Source of the DNA: a virus
Taxonomy: Duplodnaviria; Caudoviricetes
DNA length: 48,456 nt
Virus record (IMG/VR): IMGVR_UViG_3300030606_000011
Location: 1-48,456 of that record
Reading direction: 5' to 3' (one strand)
Under the pieces are notes generated by a model. It saw only the letters and a list, made by a program, of their open reading frames with translations, did not search any database and was not told the DNA's origin. The position numbers were made by a program, and so were the translations under genes. Shown here in pieces: positions 19,821 to 28,855 of this stretch; position 1 is the first letter of the stretch, and every line of letters starts with the position of its first letter.

Positions 19821-20047
19821 GCGCGCCTCCCGCAATGGGGTAGATGCCCCACTACTAGGTGATGCGCCGAGAACGTGGTTTGGTACACAAAAATCGGTTT
19901 TGTGCCGTCCAGAACCGCAGTTCTCACCTACGACGCGGACTCATGTCTGCGTCTGCCGGGCTACTTGCCTGCCGGGCGCTCGTCGAGGTTCTTCCCGGCG
20001 AGCGCCTTGGCGACGCCGCCCCTGTGGACAGTCGGCCGTGCGGCCGG

Positions 20048-20248
20048 TTACAGGTACTCCCTGATCGTCGCGGCGAGCACGGCGCGGTCGTTCTCGTTGA
20101 GATCGAGGCGCCCGGCGAGGACGATCTCCAAGACCTTGTAGCGCTCCCGGTGCCAGCCCCGCCACGCCGCGTACGCGCGCACGCGGAACGGGAACGACCA
20201 GATGGCGCTCCGCGTCTTCAACTCGTAGGGGGAGTCGTCGTTCAGCAC
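20048..20248 (-). CDS. Hypothetical protein
   Basis: 66-aa ORF directly downstream of 20255-20896. Confidence 0.5.
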   Translation of the reverse strand: MLNDDSPYELKTRSAIWSFPFRVRAYAAWRGWHRERYKVLEIVLAGRLDLNENDRAVLAATIREYL

Positions 20249-20254
20249 TCAGCC

Positions 20255-20896
20255 CTACCGGGAGATGTCCCCGCCGGCGTCGAACGCGCCCGACGCGCCG
20301 CCGGTGCCCGCACCCGCGTTGTCGGCGTTGCCGCCCTGCACGTTGGTCGTGGTGATGGCGACGGTGTGCGGAGCGCCGTTGGTGGACGCGAGCGCGGCGG
20401 CGAGCTGCTCGGGCGTCCAGTTGCCCGCCTCGGCGAGAGCGAGGATGCGCTGTTGGATCGCCGGGGCGCCCTGCGAGGCGAAGTACCAGTTGACGTGCCC
20501 CCCGTACGCCTGCCCGGGGACCGCGGCCTGGTCGCGCGCGGTCTGCGCGAGGTTCGTCGCGGGCTGCGGTGCGCCGGCGGACGCGGGGGATCCGCCCGCG
20601 GGCTGGAGCCCTGCGCAGCCGGTGAGCGTACCGAGCCCGAGGGCGAAGACGAGCAGGAGCGCGGGCGTCGTCGTGACGACCGACGTGGACGTGTTGGGGC
20701 CGGGGCGCGTGACCTTGGTGACCGTGGTGGACGTGGCCTCGGCGATCTTGGCCGCCTTGTGCGCGGCGCCGACGGCCGCGAGCCAGCCACCGAAGAGAGT
20801 GCCGACCAGCGGCCAGTCCCCGGCCATGGCCGCAGAGATGATGAGCGGGATCGCGGCCAACGTCAAGCCGAGGTAAGTCTTCCGTCCGTTCAACAT
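20255..20896 (-). CDS. Holin-like membrane protein with internal lipobox
   Basis: GGAGG RBS; MLNGRKTY followed by two TM helices, then a third hydrophobic segment ending LTGC (Cys94). Confidence 0.65.
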   Translation of the reverse strand: MLNGRKTYLGLTLAAIPLIISAAMAGDWPLVGTLFGGWLAAVGAAHKAAKIAEATSTTVTKVTRPGPNTSTSVVTTTPALLLVFALGLGTLTGCAGLQPAGGSPASAGAPQPATNLAQTARDQAAVPGQAYGGHVNWYFASQGAPAIQQRILALAEAGNWTPEQLAAALASTNGAPHTVAITTTNVQGGNADNAGAGTGGASGAFDAGGDISR

Positions 20897-21006
20897 GGGG
20901 TGCGCCTCCGAGTGGTGGTTGTCGGGCCGAACCGACGTAGAGTACACTGGAGGATGCCTGCGCGCCACGGCGGCGCACGACGAAAAGACGACTGCTCCCC
21001 AAGATC

Positions 21007-21285
21007 GTGAGGGCCGCTTTGGCGAAGTACACGCTGCGCGAGGGCGCCCTGCTCGTGCTGTCGGCCCGCCAGTTCGACGCGCTGTGCGCCTCGGGCCTGG
21101 ACGTGGACCAGCACCGCGGTTCGAGCCTCGTCGTGGCCCCCGGTGACTGCACGACGCAGGAGTTCGCGGGGCTCGCGACCCTGATCGTCCACGGCGCGGT
21201 GGCCGCTGCCGGAGATGTCGAGGAGAGCGTCGAGGAAGCCCCTACGGTGCGTCGCACCCTCGGCGGGCACGCACCTTCCGCTTGA
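21007..21285 (+). CDS. Hypothetical protein
   Basis: 92 aa, GC3-rich codons, stop overlaps the next start; start codon uncertain. Confidence 0.5.
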   Translation: MRAALAKYTLREGALLVLSARQFDALCASGLDVDQHRGSSLVVAPGDCTTQEFAGLATLIVHGAVAAAGDVEESVEEAPTVRRTLGGHAPSA

Positions 21286-21686
21286 CTTCTCGTCGTCCAT
21301 CCTTGAGAGTGTCGGTCGTGCGTTCGTCGTCGCCTTCCGCCCCGCCGACCAAGCTCCACCTGACGTACGGCGAGGCGCTGCGTATCCTGCGCGCCCGCAA
21401 AGGGGAGACGCAGGCGCAGGCGGCCGTGAGGCTCGGCGTGAGCGACTTCGCGTACCGCAACTTCGAGCGTTCCACGGAGCCCGCGGCCGGGCCGGACGTC
21501 GAGAACCTCGGGGACATCACGCCCGGCGAGCGCTACCGCGTCCTGCGCCGGCGCAGGGGTTGGGGACTCGTCGCGTTCGCCCGGAAGCTCGACATCTCGC
21601 GTGCGTGGCTGATCCAGATGGAGCAGGGCCGCGCCCCGACCAAGATTCTCGCCGCCTATTGGGACGGCGCCGGCGCGACGGACTAG
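21282..21686 (+). CDS. Transcriptional regulator with two XRE-type HTH domains
   Basis: GEALRILRARKGETQAQAAVRLGVS...YRNFER and GERYRVLRRRRGWGL..FARKLDISRAWL.QMEQG. Confidence 0.85.
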   Translation: MTSRRPSLRVSVVRSSSPSAPPTKLHLTYGEALRILRARKGETQAQAAVRLGVSDFAYRNFERSTEPAAGPDVENLGDITPGERYRVLRRRRGWGLVAFARKLDISRAWLIQMEQGRAPTKILAAYWDGAGATD

Positions 21687-23914
21687 CCGAGCAGCGCCGC
21701 GATCTCCGCGTCGAGATCGTCACCGTCTGCGTCGCCGCCACCGAGGCCCTCGACACGGACGTCCGCCGAGGCGGGAGACGCTTCCAGGCGCTCGATCCCC
21801 GCCACGGTGACGACGTGCTGCGTATCCGTTGTCGTGCCGTCACGCCGGAGCAGCCCGAAGTCGAGGGCGATCCGGCGGGCCGCGGAGAAGCGCCGCGTCG
21901 AGAGTTCGGCCGCCGTGCGGATCTCCGTCTGGTTGGCCTGGGGGGCCTCGCGGTAGGCGTGGAGCAGGGCGTCGATGTCCTCTTGCACGCGGGGATCGGA
22001 CATCTCGCCGCCGGCCTGCGGCGCGCAGGTGCCGACACGGTCCACGACGAGCGACCCGAACGGCGCGCCATCTTCGTCGTGACCGAGGGCGACGAACTTG
22101 GTGGTCAACCAGAGCGGCGCGGGCTCCTCGGCGTCCTTCATCTTGCGGAAGAAGACGCGAGCGTGGGGCAGCGGTGCCTCGGTCTTCTTGTCGTGTTCGC
22201 GCGCGATGATGATCTCAGCGTCCACCGTGGCCCCGATCACGGACGAGCCGCGCGAGCGGTTCTGCGGCCCGTGGCCGACGTGGTGAACGACCACGACCGT
22301 GCAGCCAGGGAAGATGCGCCGCAGTTGGTCGCAGCGCTGCCAGAAGAGGGTCATGTCCGACTGCGCGTTCTCGTCGCCGGGGCCGAAGTTGCGGTTGAGC
22401 GTGTCGATGACGATGAGGCCGGGCACGCGACGCCAATCTTGACACTTGCGTTTCGCCTCTTCGACGACGAAGCGGAACCCGTCGGCGTCGAGGATCTGCG
22501 CGGCGTAGCGCGTGACGGCGAGCGGGGTGCTCGCGAGATCGACGTCGTGCTCGTGCGCCCACGCCTTGAAGCGCCGTGAGAGGCCGCCGCGCCCCTCGCC
22601 GACCACGATCAGCACGGGGGTGGCAGCGGCGATCTTGTGGTCGTGCCAGTCGGCGCCCGTCGCGAGGGCGAGAGCGATGTCGAAGATCAGGAAGGACTTG
22701 AAGGACGCGGGCGCTCCGGAGATGACGACCAGGCCGTCACGCTCCATCACCCCACGTACCAGCCACTTCGGGCGTGGGTCACGCGCGACGAGTGCTGACA
22801 CGTCCTCGAAGTACGCGTTGCTCACCGCGGGGGCCGCGGCTGCCCCCGGCGCCTCTGCGGTGAAGGGGAGCGCCTCCGGCGGGGGTAGAGGCGCGTCGAA
22901 GGGGCCACGCTGACCCTCGGAGAGCGGGCGCTCACCTGGTGCGATCGGTACGGGGGTGAAGACGTCGGTGACTTCGGCGCGGACCTTCGCTGCCACGCGG
23001 TACAAGTCGGCGCGCACCCACGCCTCGGTGCCGTAGCGCACCGGGTCTTTCGAGTCCTCGACGTCGCCGCTGCCGTAGGCGGTGGCATCGAGCAGCCACC
23101 GGGTGGCGACGTCGAGATGGTCGGCGCAGCACAGGAGCACGAGACGCTCCAGCGCGTACCAGCCCTCGGACGCGGACGGATACCCGCCCTCGACCCATGC
23201 GCCGCGCTCGATCAGCGCGATGTCGCTCGTGGTCGCGCGCGAGCGCACCCAGGCGTCCAGATCGGCAACACTCGGCGCGCGCCCGACGGGAGAGGGCTCG
23301 TACTCGACGTCGGAGAGTCGCTCGGGCTGCGGGTACGTCTTCGTGAGCCACGCGAAACCTGTTGCACCGTCGCGGATCTCGGTTTCCGCCCCTTCCAAGT
23401 GCCACCCGGTGACGGTGACGTAGCCCGCCGGCCCGGACCCGAAAACCTGGATCTCGCAGCGTGTGTGGTCACCGCCGCTGACTTTCGCCGGCACCGGGAT
23501 CGTGCGCAGTTTCGGCACCGCCCCGGTGACGCTGGCGAAGATGCGCAGGCCGCTGCCGGAGGGTGTGATTTCGGTGTAGGAGTTGAACGCGAGCACCACT
23601 GCCCAAGCCCATTGCGCCACTTCACCCGTGGCCGGATCGCGGCAACCGTCCACGTCGATCGCGACGAGCGCCCGGCCGTCCCCGATGTCGATGCGGCCCG
23701 TCGTGACGAACCCGATGCCTCCGCGATCGGAGATCGCCGAGGGGGGCAGGTCCGCGAGGAGCGCGTCGAGCGGTGCCCAAGGACCGTTACGCGTGCTGCC
23801 GCGCGGCTTCTTCGTGGTGCGGCCCGAAGGTGTCCGCACACGCTCCCACAAGATCCAGCGGGGTAGGGCCGCGAGCGGAATTGGTATGGACGCTTCGGGG
23901 GTTGCTGCGTACAC
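21683..23914 (-). CDS. Primase-polymerase fused to AAA_25/RepA-type helicase
   Basis: N-terminal IDVD and SYTEITPSGSGLRIF (PrimPol); Walker A GAPASFKS, Walker B LIVIDT, VVHH.G and RGSS motifs. Confidence 0.92.
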   Translation of the reverse strand: MYAATPEASIPIPLAALPRWILWERVRTPSGRTTKKPRGSTRNGPWAPLDALLADLPPSAISDRGGIGFVTTGRIDIGDGRALVAIDVDGCRDPATGEVAQWAWAVVLAFNSYTEITPSGSGLRIFASVTGAVPKLRTIPVPAKVSGGDHTRCEIQVFGSGPAGYVTVTGWHLEGAETEIRDGATGFAWLTKTYPQPERLSDVEYEPSPVGRAPSVADLDAWVRSRATTSDIALIERGAWVEGGYPSASEGWYALERLVLLCCADHLDVATRWLLDATAYGSGDVEDSKDPVRYGTEAWVRADLYRVAAKVRAEVTDVFTPVPIAPGERPLSEGQRGPFDAPLPPPEALPFTAEAPGAAAAPAVSNAYFEDVSALVARDPRPKWLVRGVMERDGLVVISGAPASFKSFLIFDIALALATGADWHDHKIAAATPVLIVVGEGRGGLSRRFKAWAHEHDVDLASTPLAVTRYAAQILDADGFRFVVEEAKRKCQDWRRVPGLIVIDTLNRNFGPGDENAQSDMTLFWQRCDQLRRIFPGCTVVVVHHVGHGPQNRSRGSSVIGATVDAEIIIAREHDKKTEAPLPHARVFFRKMKDAEEPAPLWLTTKFVALGHDEDGAPFGSLVVDRVGTCAPQAGGEMSDPRVQEDIDALLHAYREAPQANQTEIRTAAELSTRRFSAARRIALDFGLLRRDGTTTDTQHVVTVAGIERLEASPASADVRVEGLGGGDADGDDLDAEIAALLG

Positions 23915-23954
23915 TACGCGGGACTCCAGGCGGGCGTCTGGATCGTCGTCATCG

Positions 23955-23982
23955 GGAGGCCGCTCCGCAAGGAGCGGCCTTC
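23955..23982 (+). terminator. Strong hairpin with GCAA tetraloop, putative terminator
   Basis: AGGCCGCTCC-GCAA-GGAGCGGCCT followed by TCTTCGTTGT on the + strand. Confidence 0.55.
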
Positions 23983-24001
23983 TTCGTTGTGCGTGGGGTG
24001 T

Positions 24002-24433
24002 TCACGGCCGATACGTCTCGACGTGGGCGAGGGTTACGGGGCGCAGGATCTCTGTGAGGGTGCGGTCGCGGATCTCGCCGTCCTCCAGCCCCCAGGCGTA
24101 GTTCAGCCACTCCCGCACGACCACGTAGGCGGCGGGCAGATCGCGCGCGGACGGGTCGTTGCGCAGTCGGTGGGCTGCGAGCAGGAGGATACGCGTTCCG
24201 GCGCGCAGAAGGTGCATCAGGCGCGCGAGATCCGCGTCGTCGAGGGATGTCGTGGCGAGGAGTTCGTCGCGCGCCCGGTCGCGCAGAACGTCCAGGGCAG
24301 CTTCGATTTCGGGGACCGTTCCGCGGAGCGCATCGAGGTACGCGAGACGGTTGGCCGGAGGCATGGCCGCCGAGCGACGTTGCACCCAGGCGAGCGCCTC
24401 TGCGACATCGGGATCGTCGTGGGTCGAGGCCAT
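24002..24433 (-). CDS. Hypothetical protein (possible DNA-binding)
   Basis: AGGAG RBS before ATG 24433; helical 143-aa protein. Confidence 0.7.
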   Translation of the reverse strand: MASTHDDPDVAEALAWVQRRSAAMPPANRLAYLDALRGTVPEIEAALDVLRDRARDELLATTSLDDADLARLMHLLRAGTRILLLAAHRLRNDPSARDLPAAYVVVREWLNYAWGLEDGEIRDRTLTEILRPVTLAHVETYRP

Positions 24434-24515
24434 GCGCGTCTCTCCTGCCGGGGGTGGACGCAGCGGGTGCGTCCGAGAGGCGTCATGGTGCCCGGAACCT
24501 CGCGCCGACGCCACG

Positions 24516-24561
24516 AAAAGTTTACTTTTTGTTGGACCCGGGGGTGAGCGCTCACTACTTT
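24516..24561 (+). promoter_or_regulatory. Sigma70-like promoter with upstream palindrome
   Basis: AAAAGT-TT-ACTTTT (24516-24529), -35 TGGACC (24533-38), 17-bp spacer, -10 TACTTT (24556-61), in a divergent intergenic gap. Confidence 0.6.
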
Positions 24562-24589
24562 AGCACGCCGACGACACGGACGCCCTTCG

Positions 24590-26023
24590 ATGACGACAAC
24601 CCTTCGCCCGACGCCCTACACTGACGCTTTGTCAGTCCAACTCCACCCGTTCCAGCGTGTCGGTGTGGAGTGGTTGGCGTCGCAGCCGACGGCCTTCCTG
24701 GGAGACCAGATGGGCACAGGCAAGTCGGCGCAGGCGATCCGTGCGGCGGACGCCGTCGAGGCGCAGCGCATCCTGGTGACCGCGCCGACCAACGCCGTCT
24801 ACAACTGGCGCGGCGAGTTCCGCAAGTTCTCGCGCTACGCGCGCACGACGCATGTGGTGGACGCCGGGCACGTGGTCATCGACCCGTCCGCGTCCGTCGT
24901 GGTCGTGACGCACGGGCTCCTCAAGCGTGAGAGCCTGCGCAGGCAGATGGCCGCGCAGCGGTGGGATCTCGTCATCGCGGACGAAGCGCACGCCTTCAAG
25001 CACGCGTCGAGCAAGCGCACCCATGTCTTCTACGGGCCGAACTTCGCGCGTGACCCCGGCAGCATCGCGGCCTTGGCACCGCGCGTGTGGCTACTCTCGG
25101 GCACGCCGGCCGAGAACCACGGCGGCGAATTGTGGACGCACGTTCACGCGCTGCGGCCCGACCTGCTCCTGCCAGATGGCGCGACGACGCCACTGTCCTA
25201 CGACGGCTTCACCAAGCGCTACTGCATCGTGAAACTGACCGGGTACGGACCGAAGGTCGTCGGCAACCGCCAGGCGACCTTGCCGGAGCTGCGCGACAAG
25301 GTCATCCGGCCGTTCGTCTTGCGGCGGCTGCTCGCGACGGTCGTGCCCGAGATGCCCCCGATCCGCTACGAGGCCGTCATCGTCCCGCCGGACCACGTCC
25401 CCGCGGATCTGCGCGCCCTCGAATCCGAACTCGGTGACGCCGTTCTGAACGCGATGGCGAACATCGACGCGGGCGTCGATCCGCTCGAAGTCCTGCGCTG
25501 CCTCGACGCGCAGGAGAGCGCGAAGGATGGTGGGATCAGCCGCCTGCGCCGCCTGACGGGACACTTGAAGGTGCGCCCGACGATCGCACTGCTCTCCGAG
25601 CACTTCCACGCCTACCCCGACCGCAAGGTGCTGGTCGCCGCGCGGCACTTGGCGGTGGTCGAAGAGATCGTCGAGCAGGCCGAAGCGCACGGATGGTCAC
25701 CGGCGCGGATCACGGGGGCCGTGTCGGCGTTCGGACGGCACCAAGCCGTCGAGCGTTTCCAGACCGACCCACGCTGTAAGGTCTTCGTGGGGCAGATCAC
25801 GGCGTGCGCGACGGCTGCAACGCTGACGGCCGCCAACGAGGTCGTGTTCGCGGAGGCTTCGTGGGTGCCTGCGGAGAACGCGCAATTTGCCGCCCGTGCG
25901 TGGCGGATCGGACAGAAGAACGACGTACGAGTACGGCTCCTCGCCCTCGCCGGGTCGATTGACGAAGCGGTCATGGACGTGCTCGTCCGCAAAGTACGAG
26001 TCGTGAAGGAGCTGCTCGGGTGA
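24590..26023 (+). CDS. SNF2-family (SF2) helicase
   Basis: DQMGTGKS, IADEAH, LSGTP.EN, RRL and Q..ARAWRIGQ motifs. Confidence 0.93.
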   Translation: MTTTLRPTPYTDALSVQLHPFQRVGVEWLASQPTAFLGDQMGTGKSAQAIRAADAVEAQRILVTAPTNAVYNWRGEFRKFSRYARTTHVVDAGHVVIDPSASVVVVTHGLLKRESLRRQMAAQRWDLVIADEAHAFKHASSKRTHVFYGPNFARDPGSIAALAPRVWLLSGTPAENHGGELWTHVHALRPDLLLPDGATTPLSYDGFTKRYCIVKLTGYGPKVVGNRQATLPELRDKVIRPFVLRRLLATVVPEMPPIRYEAVIVPPDHVPADLRALESELGDAVLNAMANIDAGVDPLEVLRCLDAQESAKDGGISRLRRLTGHLKVRPTIALLSEHFHAYPDRKVLVAARHLAVVEEIVEQAEAHGWSPARITGAVSAFGRHQAVERFQTDPRCKVFVGQITACATAATLTAANEVVFAEASWVPAENAQFAARAWRIGQKNDVRVRLLALAGSIDEAVMDVLVRKVRVVKELLG

Positions 26024-27066
26024 GCCGGGCAGCGCAAACGGAAAGGATGACGACGATGCCGAAGATCAAGTTCGTGTTCAAGGGATCCTCACTGGCCGAG
26101 GTTCTGAACGAGATGCGCCAGGTGCTCAGCGAGCACTGCGTGTCCAAGAAGAACCCGCCCCCCAAGACCTACCCCGTCGATGTGGAGCCCCACGACGCCG
26201 CGGTCGTGCCGTGCATGGAGAACGAAAGCGCTTTCGTGGCGACGTCTCCGGCCAACCCACATCTGCAACTGCTCGCCAAGGGCGACGGTCCGCCCGCCGC
26301 GACCCCGAGCGGGACGACGGTCGAAGGTTCGGCCCTGCCGCCGCAGTACGACTACCCCGCAGACGTCGTCGAGGACGCGGACCTCGCGTGGTCGATCCTC
26401 TCGAACTACGGGGTGGACTCGAAGATGACCATGAAGGTGCTGTTCACCCAGCACCCCAACGAGAAGCAGCGCACGGTGCGCGACATGCGTGGCTCTCTGA
26501 TCGAGGGCGGCCTGCTCGTGACCAAGGGCACGAAGGCCCCGACGTTCGTCACCGCGCGCGGACGCGATTTCATGGAAGACCCTCGCATCCGGGCGCGTCT
26601 GCGGCAGTTGGGCGCGGTTCCCGAGGGCGAGATCGACGTGGCGGTGTTCAGCGTGCCGGACGAGGCGACCGCGGACCGGATGGTCGCCGGTGTCACGGCG
26701 TCGGGCGCCAAGGCGCTGATCGCGTCCCCGACGCCCGACGCCGCGCAGGCCATGTTCGAGGCGCCCGTCACCCCGGTCGCCGCCGTCGCCGCCGACCCCG
26801 AAGACGGCAGCGGCCTGTTCAGCGCCCCCACGGTGACGCAGGCTCCCACACCGACGTCGCCGACCGCTGTCCCCCCGGTCGAAGTGCTCTTGGCGCGCGT
26901 CCGTGAAGTGCTCGCGGCGGCTGCGTCCGGCCCGGCGAAGACCGATGTGGTCGCGGGGATCAAGGCGCTCCTGGCGCAGTTCGACGCCACGAACGTCACG
27001 CTCGTGCCCGCCGAGCGGCGCACGGAGTTCCTCACGGCGCTCGCGGCGCTGGAACGCAAAAAGTAA
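26020..27066 (+). CDS. Hypothetical replication-module protein
   Basis: Start may be GTG 26020 (coupled) or ATG 26056; C-terminal helical motif of the kind often found upstream of DUF2800 genes; contains repeat copy 2. Confidence 0.75.
   Translation: MSRAAQTERMTTMPKIKFVFKGSSLAEVLNEMRQVLSEHCVSKKNPPPKTYPVDVEPHDAAVVPCMENESAFVATSPANPHLQLLAKGDGPPAATPSGTTVEGSALPPQYDYPADVVEDADLAWSILSNYGVDSKMTMKVLFTQHPNEKQRTVRDMRGSLIEGGLLVTKGTKAPTFVTARGRDFMEDPRIRARLRQLGAVPEGEIDVAVFSVPDEATADRMVAGVTASGAKALIASPTPDAAQAMFEAPVTPVAAVAADPEDGSGLFSAPTVTQAPTPTSPTAVPPVEVLLARVREVLAAAASGPAKTDVVAGIKALLAQFDATNVTLVPAERRTEFLTALAALERKK
26630..26715 (+). repeat. 86-bp dispersed repeat, copy 2 (copy 1 in tape measure gene)
   Basis: Encodes IDVAVFSVPDEATA.....VTASGAKA in both genes. 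Confidence 0.92.
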
Positions 27067-27104
27067 ACTCGGATCTTGACGGCCCCTGCGTGGTCGGAGA
27101 AACT
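27058..27104 (+). promoter_or_regulatory. Putative promoter with partial palindrome
   Basis: AAAAAGTAAACT, then TTGACG-17 bp-GAAACT. Confidence 0.4.
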
Positions 27105-27147
27105 TGCAAGCCTACTCGACTACGCGACCTACACGACTGGAGCAGAC

Positions 27148-28806
27148 ATGACGACGAAGACGATCGTCCTCCCCTTCGAGCGAGGACTGGACGGGTCGGA
27201 GAGCGCGTGGGCCATCCTTGGCCCCGACGGACAGCCGCAAGGGCCGTCCGGACAGCGCAAGGGAACGGCCCTCACCGCGGATTTCCCCCTCGGCGCCATC
27301 TTGGTCGAGAAAGCGGTCGGACGCCATCTCGCGGGCTGGCAAGGGCTGCGTTTCCACCGCGTGACCCACGACGGTCTCGCGGCCCTGCATCCGGGGTGGT
27401 ACGACCCCGCAACCGAGGGGAAGGACATCGAGGCTGCGCGCAAAGCGGTCTTCGCCGACGTGACGGCCGACATCGGCCCGCGGACGTCCGAGGGCCGCCG
27501 GCGCGACCACACCAGCGCAAGCCAGGCGTCGCGCTGGCTCGCGTGTCCTGGCAGCGTGCGTCTGTGCGACGAAGTGGCCCCGCGGCTGCCGACGTCGACC
27601 GTCTACGCCGATGAGGGCACCGCGGCCCACGAACTGGCGTACGACTGCCTGATCTTCGGCACGGACGCTCTGGACCTGGTCGGCGCGACGACCGCGGTCG
27701 GCATCGAGATCGACGCCGAGATGGGCGAGCACGTCCAACTCTACCTGGACACGATCCGGGCGGACGCCGCGGCCGAGGGTGGTGACATCCAGACGGAGAT
27801 GTCGGCACGCATCCCGGTCGACGGGATCGTGTTGCACGGCACGTTCGACGCCGCCGTGTGGAGCCCGCAGACCAAGACTCTGCGGGTCTACGACCTCAAG
27901 TTCGGCAAGGGCATCTACGTCGCCGCCACCGACAACCCGCAACTGCGCATCTACGCGCTCGGCGCGGCGCGCGCGGTGCGCGAGAAGTTCGGTGCGCTGG
28001 TCGAGTTCGTGGAGATCGTCATCGTCCAGCCGCGGCGCGCGACGCGCACGGGGCACGGAGAGGACGACGAGGTCGAAGAGGACATCTTCGGGGCAGACGA
28101 CCGCGTACGGCGCGAGCGCCTGTCCTGGGCGACCCTGCACGCGTGGTACGAGGGCACGCTCGTTCCCGGCGTCCACGCCTTCGAGGCCCCGCACGCCCCG
28201 CTCGTGCCCTCCACCGACGCCTGTCGGTGGTGCCCGGCAGCCTACGCCTGCCCCGCGCTCGCCGAGGCGAGCCTCTCGGCCGCTCAGGAAGCCTTCGGTG
28301 GCGCCGCACTCGCGGCGATCGAGCCCACGACGACGGGCGCCGGGGACATCACCCCGGCGACACCGAAGAAGGACGCGAAGACGCAGATGCAGTCCGCGGT
28401 GGCGAAGATCGACCCTGCGCGCCTCGCGCGCGTCCTCGAAGTGTCCCCGCTCCTCAGTCTGTGGCTGACGGTCGTCGAGGCCCACGCACACGGACTCCTG
28501 GAGTCCGGCGAGAACGTGCCTGGCTTCAAGCTCGTGCAGAAGATCGGCAACCGCGTCTGGAAGGGTGCCGAAGAGGAGATCGTGGCCGAACTGGTCATGC
28601 AAACCCCGCTCGACAACCACGAGTGCTACGGCGAACCGAAACTGCTCTCGCCGGCGCAGATCGAGAAGGCGCTCCCCAAAGAGCACCGCGCCTTCGTCGA
28701 CACCCTCACCGAACGTCCCGTGCGCGGGACGACGATGGTTCCCGACTCCGACAAGCGGCCCGCGCTCGTGCGCGATCCGCTCGCGGGCTTCACTCCGCAG
28801 GAGTGA
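27148..28806 (+). CDS. DUF2800 family Cas4-like (PD-(D/E)xK) exonuclease with N-terminal extension
   Basis: SASQASRWLACPGS, EGTAAHEL, GTFDA, V.DLKFGKG, NPQLRIYALG, IVQPR and CRWCPA...CP motifs. Confidence 0.92.
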   Translation: MTTKTIVLPFERGLDGSESAWAILGPDGQPQGPSGQRKGTALTADFPLGAILVEKAVGRHLAGWQGLRFHRVTHDGLAALHPGWYDPATEGKDIEAARKAVFADVTADIGPRTSEGRRRDHTSASQASRWLACPGSVRLCDEVAPRLPTSTVYADEGTAAHELAYDCLIFGTDALDLVGATTAVGIEIDAEMGEHVQLYLDTIRADAAAEGGDIQTEMSARIPVDGIVLHGTFDAAVWSPQTKTLRVYDLKFGKGIYVAATDNPQLRIYALGAARAVREKFGALVEFVEIVIVQPRRATRTGHGEDDEVEEDIFGADDRVRRERLSWATLHAWYEGTLVPGVHAFEAPHAPLVPSTDACRWCPAAYACPALAEASLSAAQEAFGGAALAAIEPTTTGAGDITPATPKKDAKTQMQSAVAKIDPARLARVLEVSPLLSLWLTVVEAHAHGLLESGENVPGFKLVQKIGNRVWKGAEEEIVAELVMQTPLDNHECYGEPKLLSPAQIEKALPKEHRAFVDTLTERPVRGTTMVPDSDKRPALVRDPLAGFTPQE

Positions 28807-28855
28807 CCCGCAGACTTTCCGACTCAGCGACTACCCGACCTACAAGGAGGTTCAA

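Noticed and set aside
12236-26715. Diversity-generating retroelement TR/VR pair suggested by the 86-bp repeat
   Set aside because: Three of the seven mismatches are not at adenines, both copies are coding, and no reverse transcriptase is present in the window
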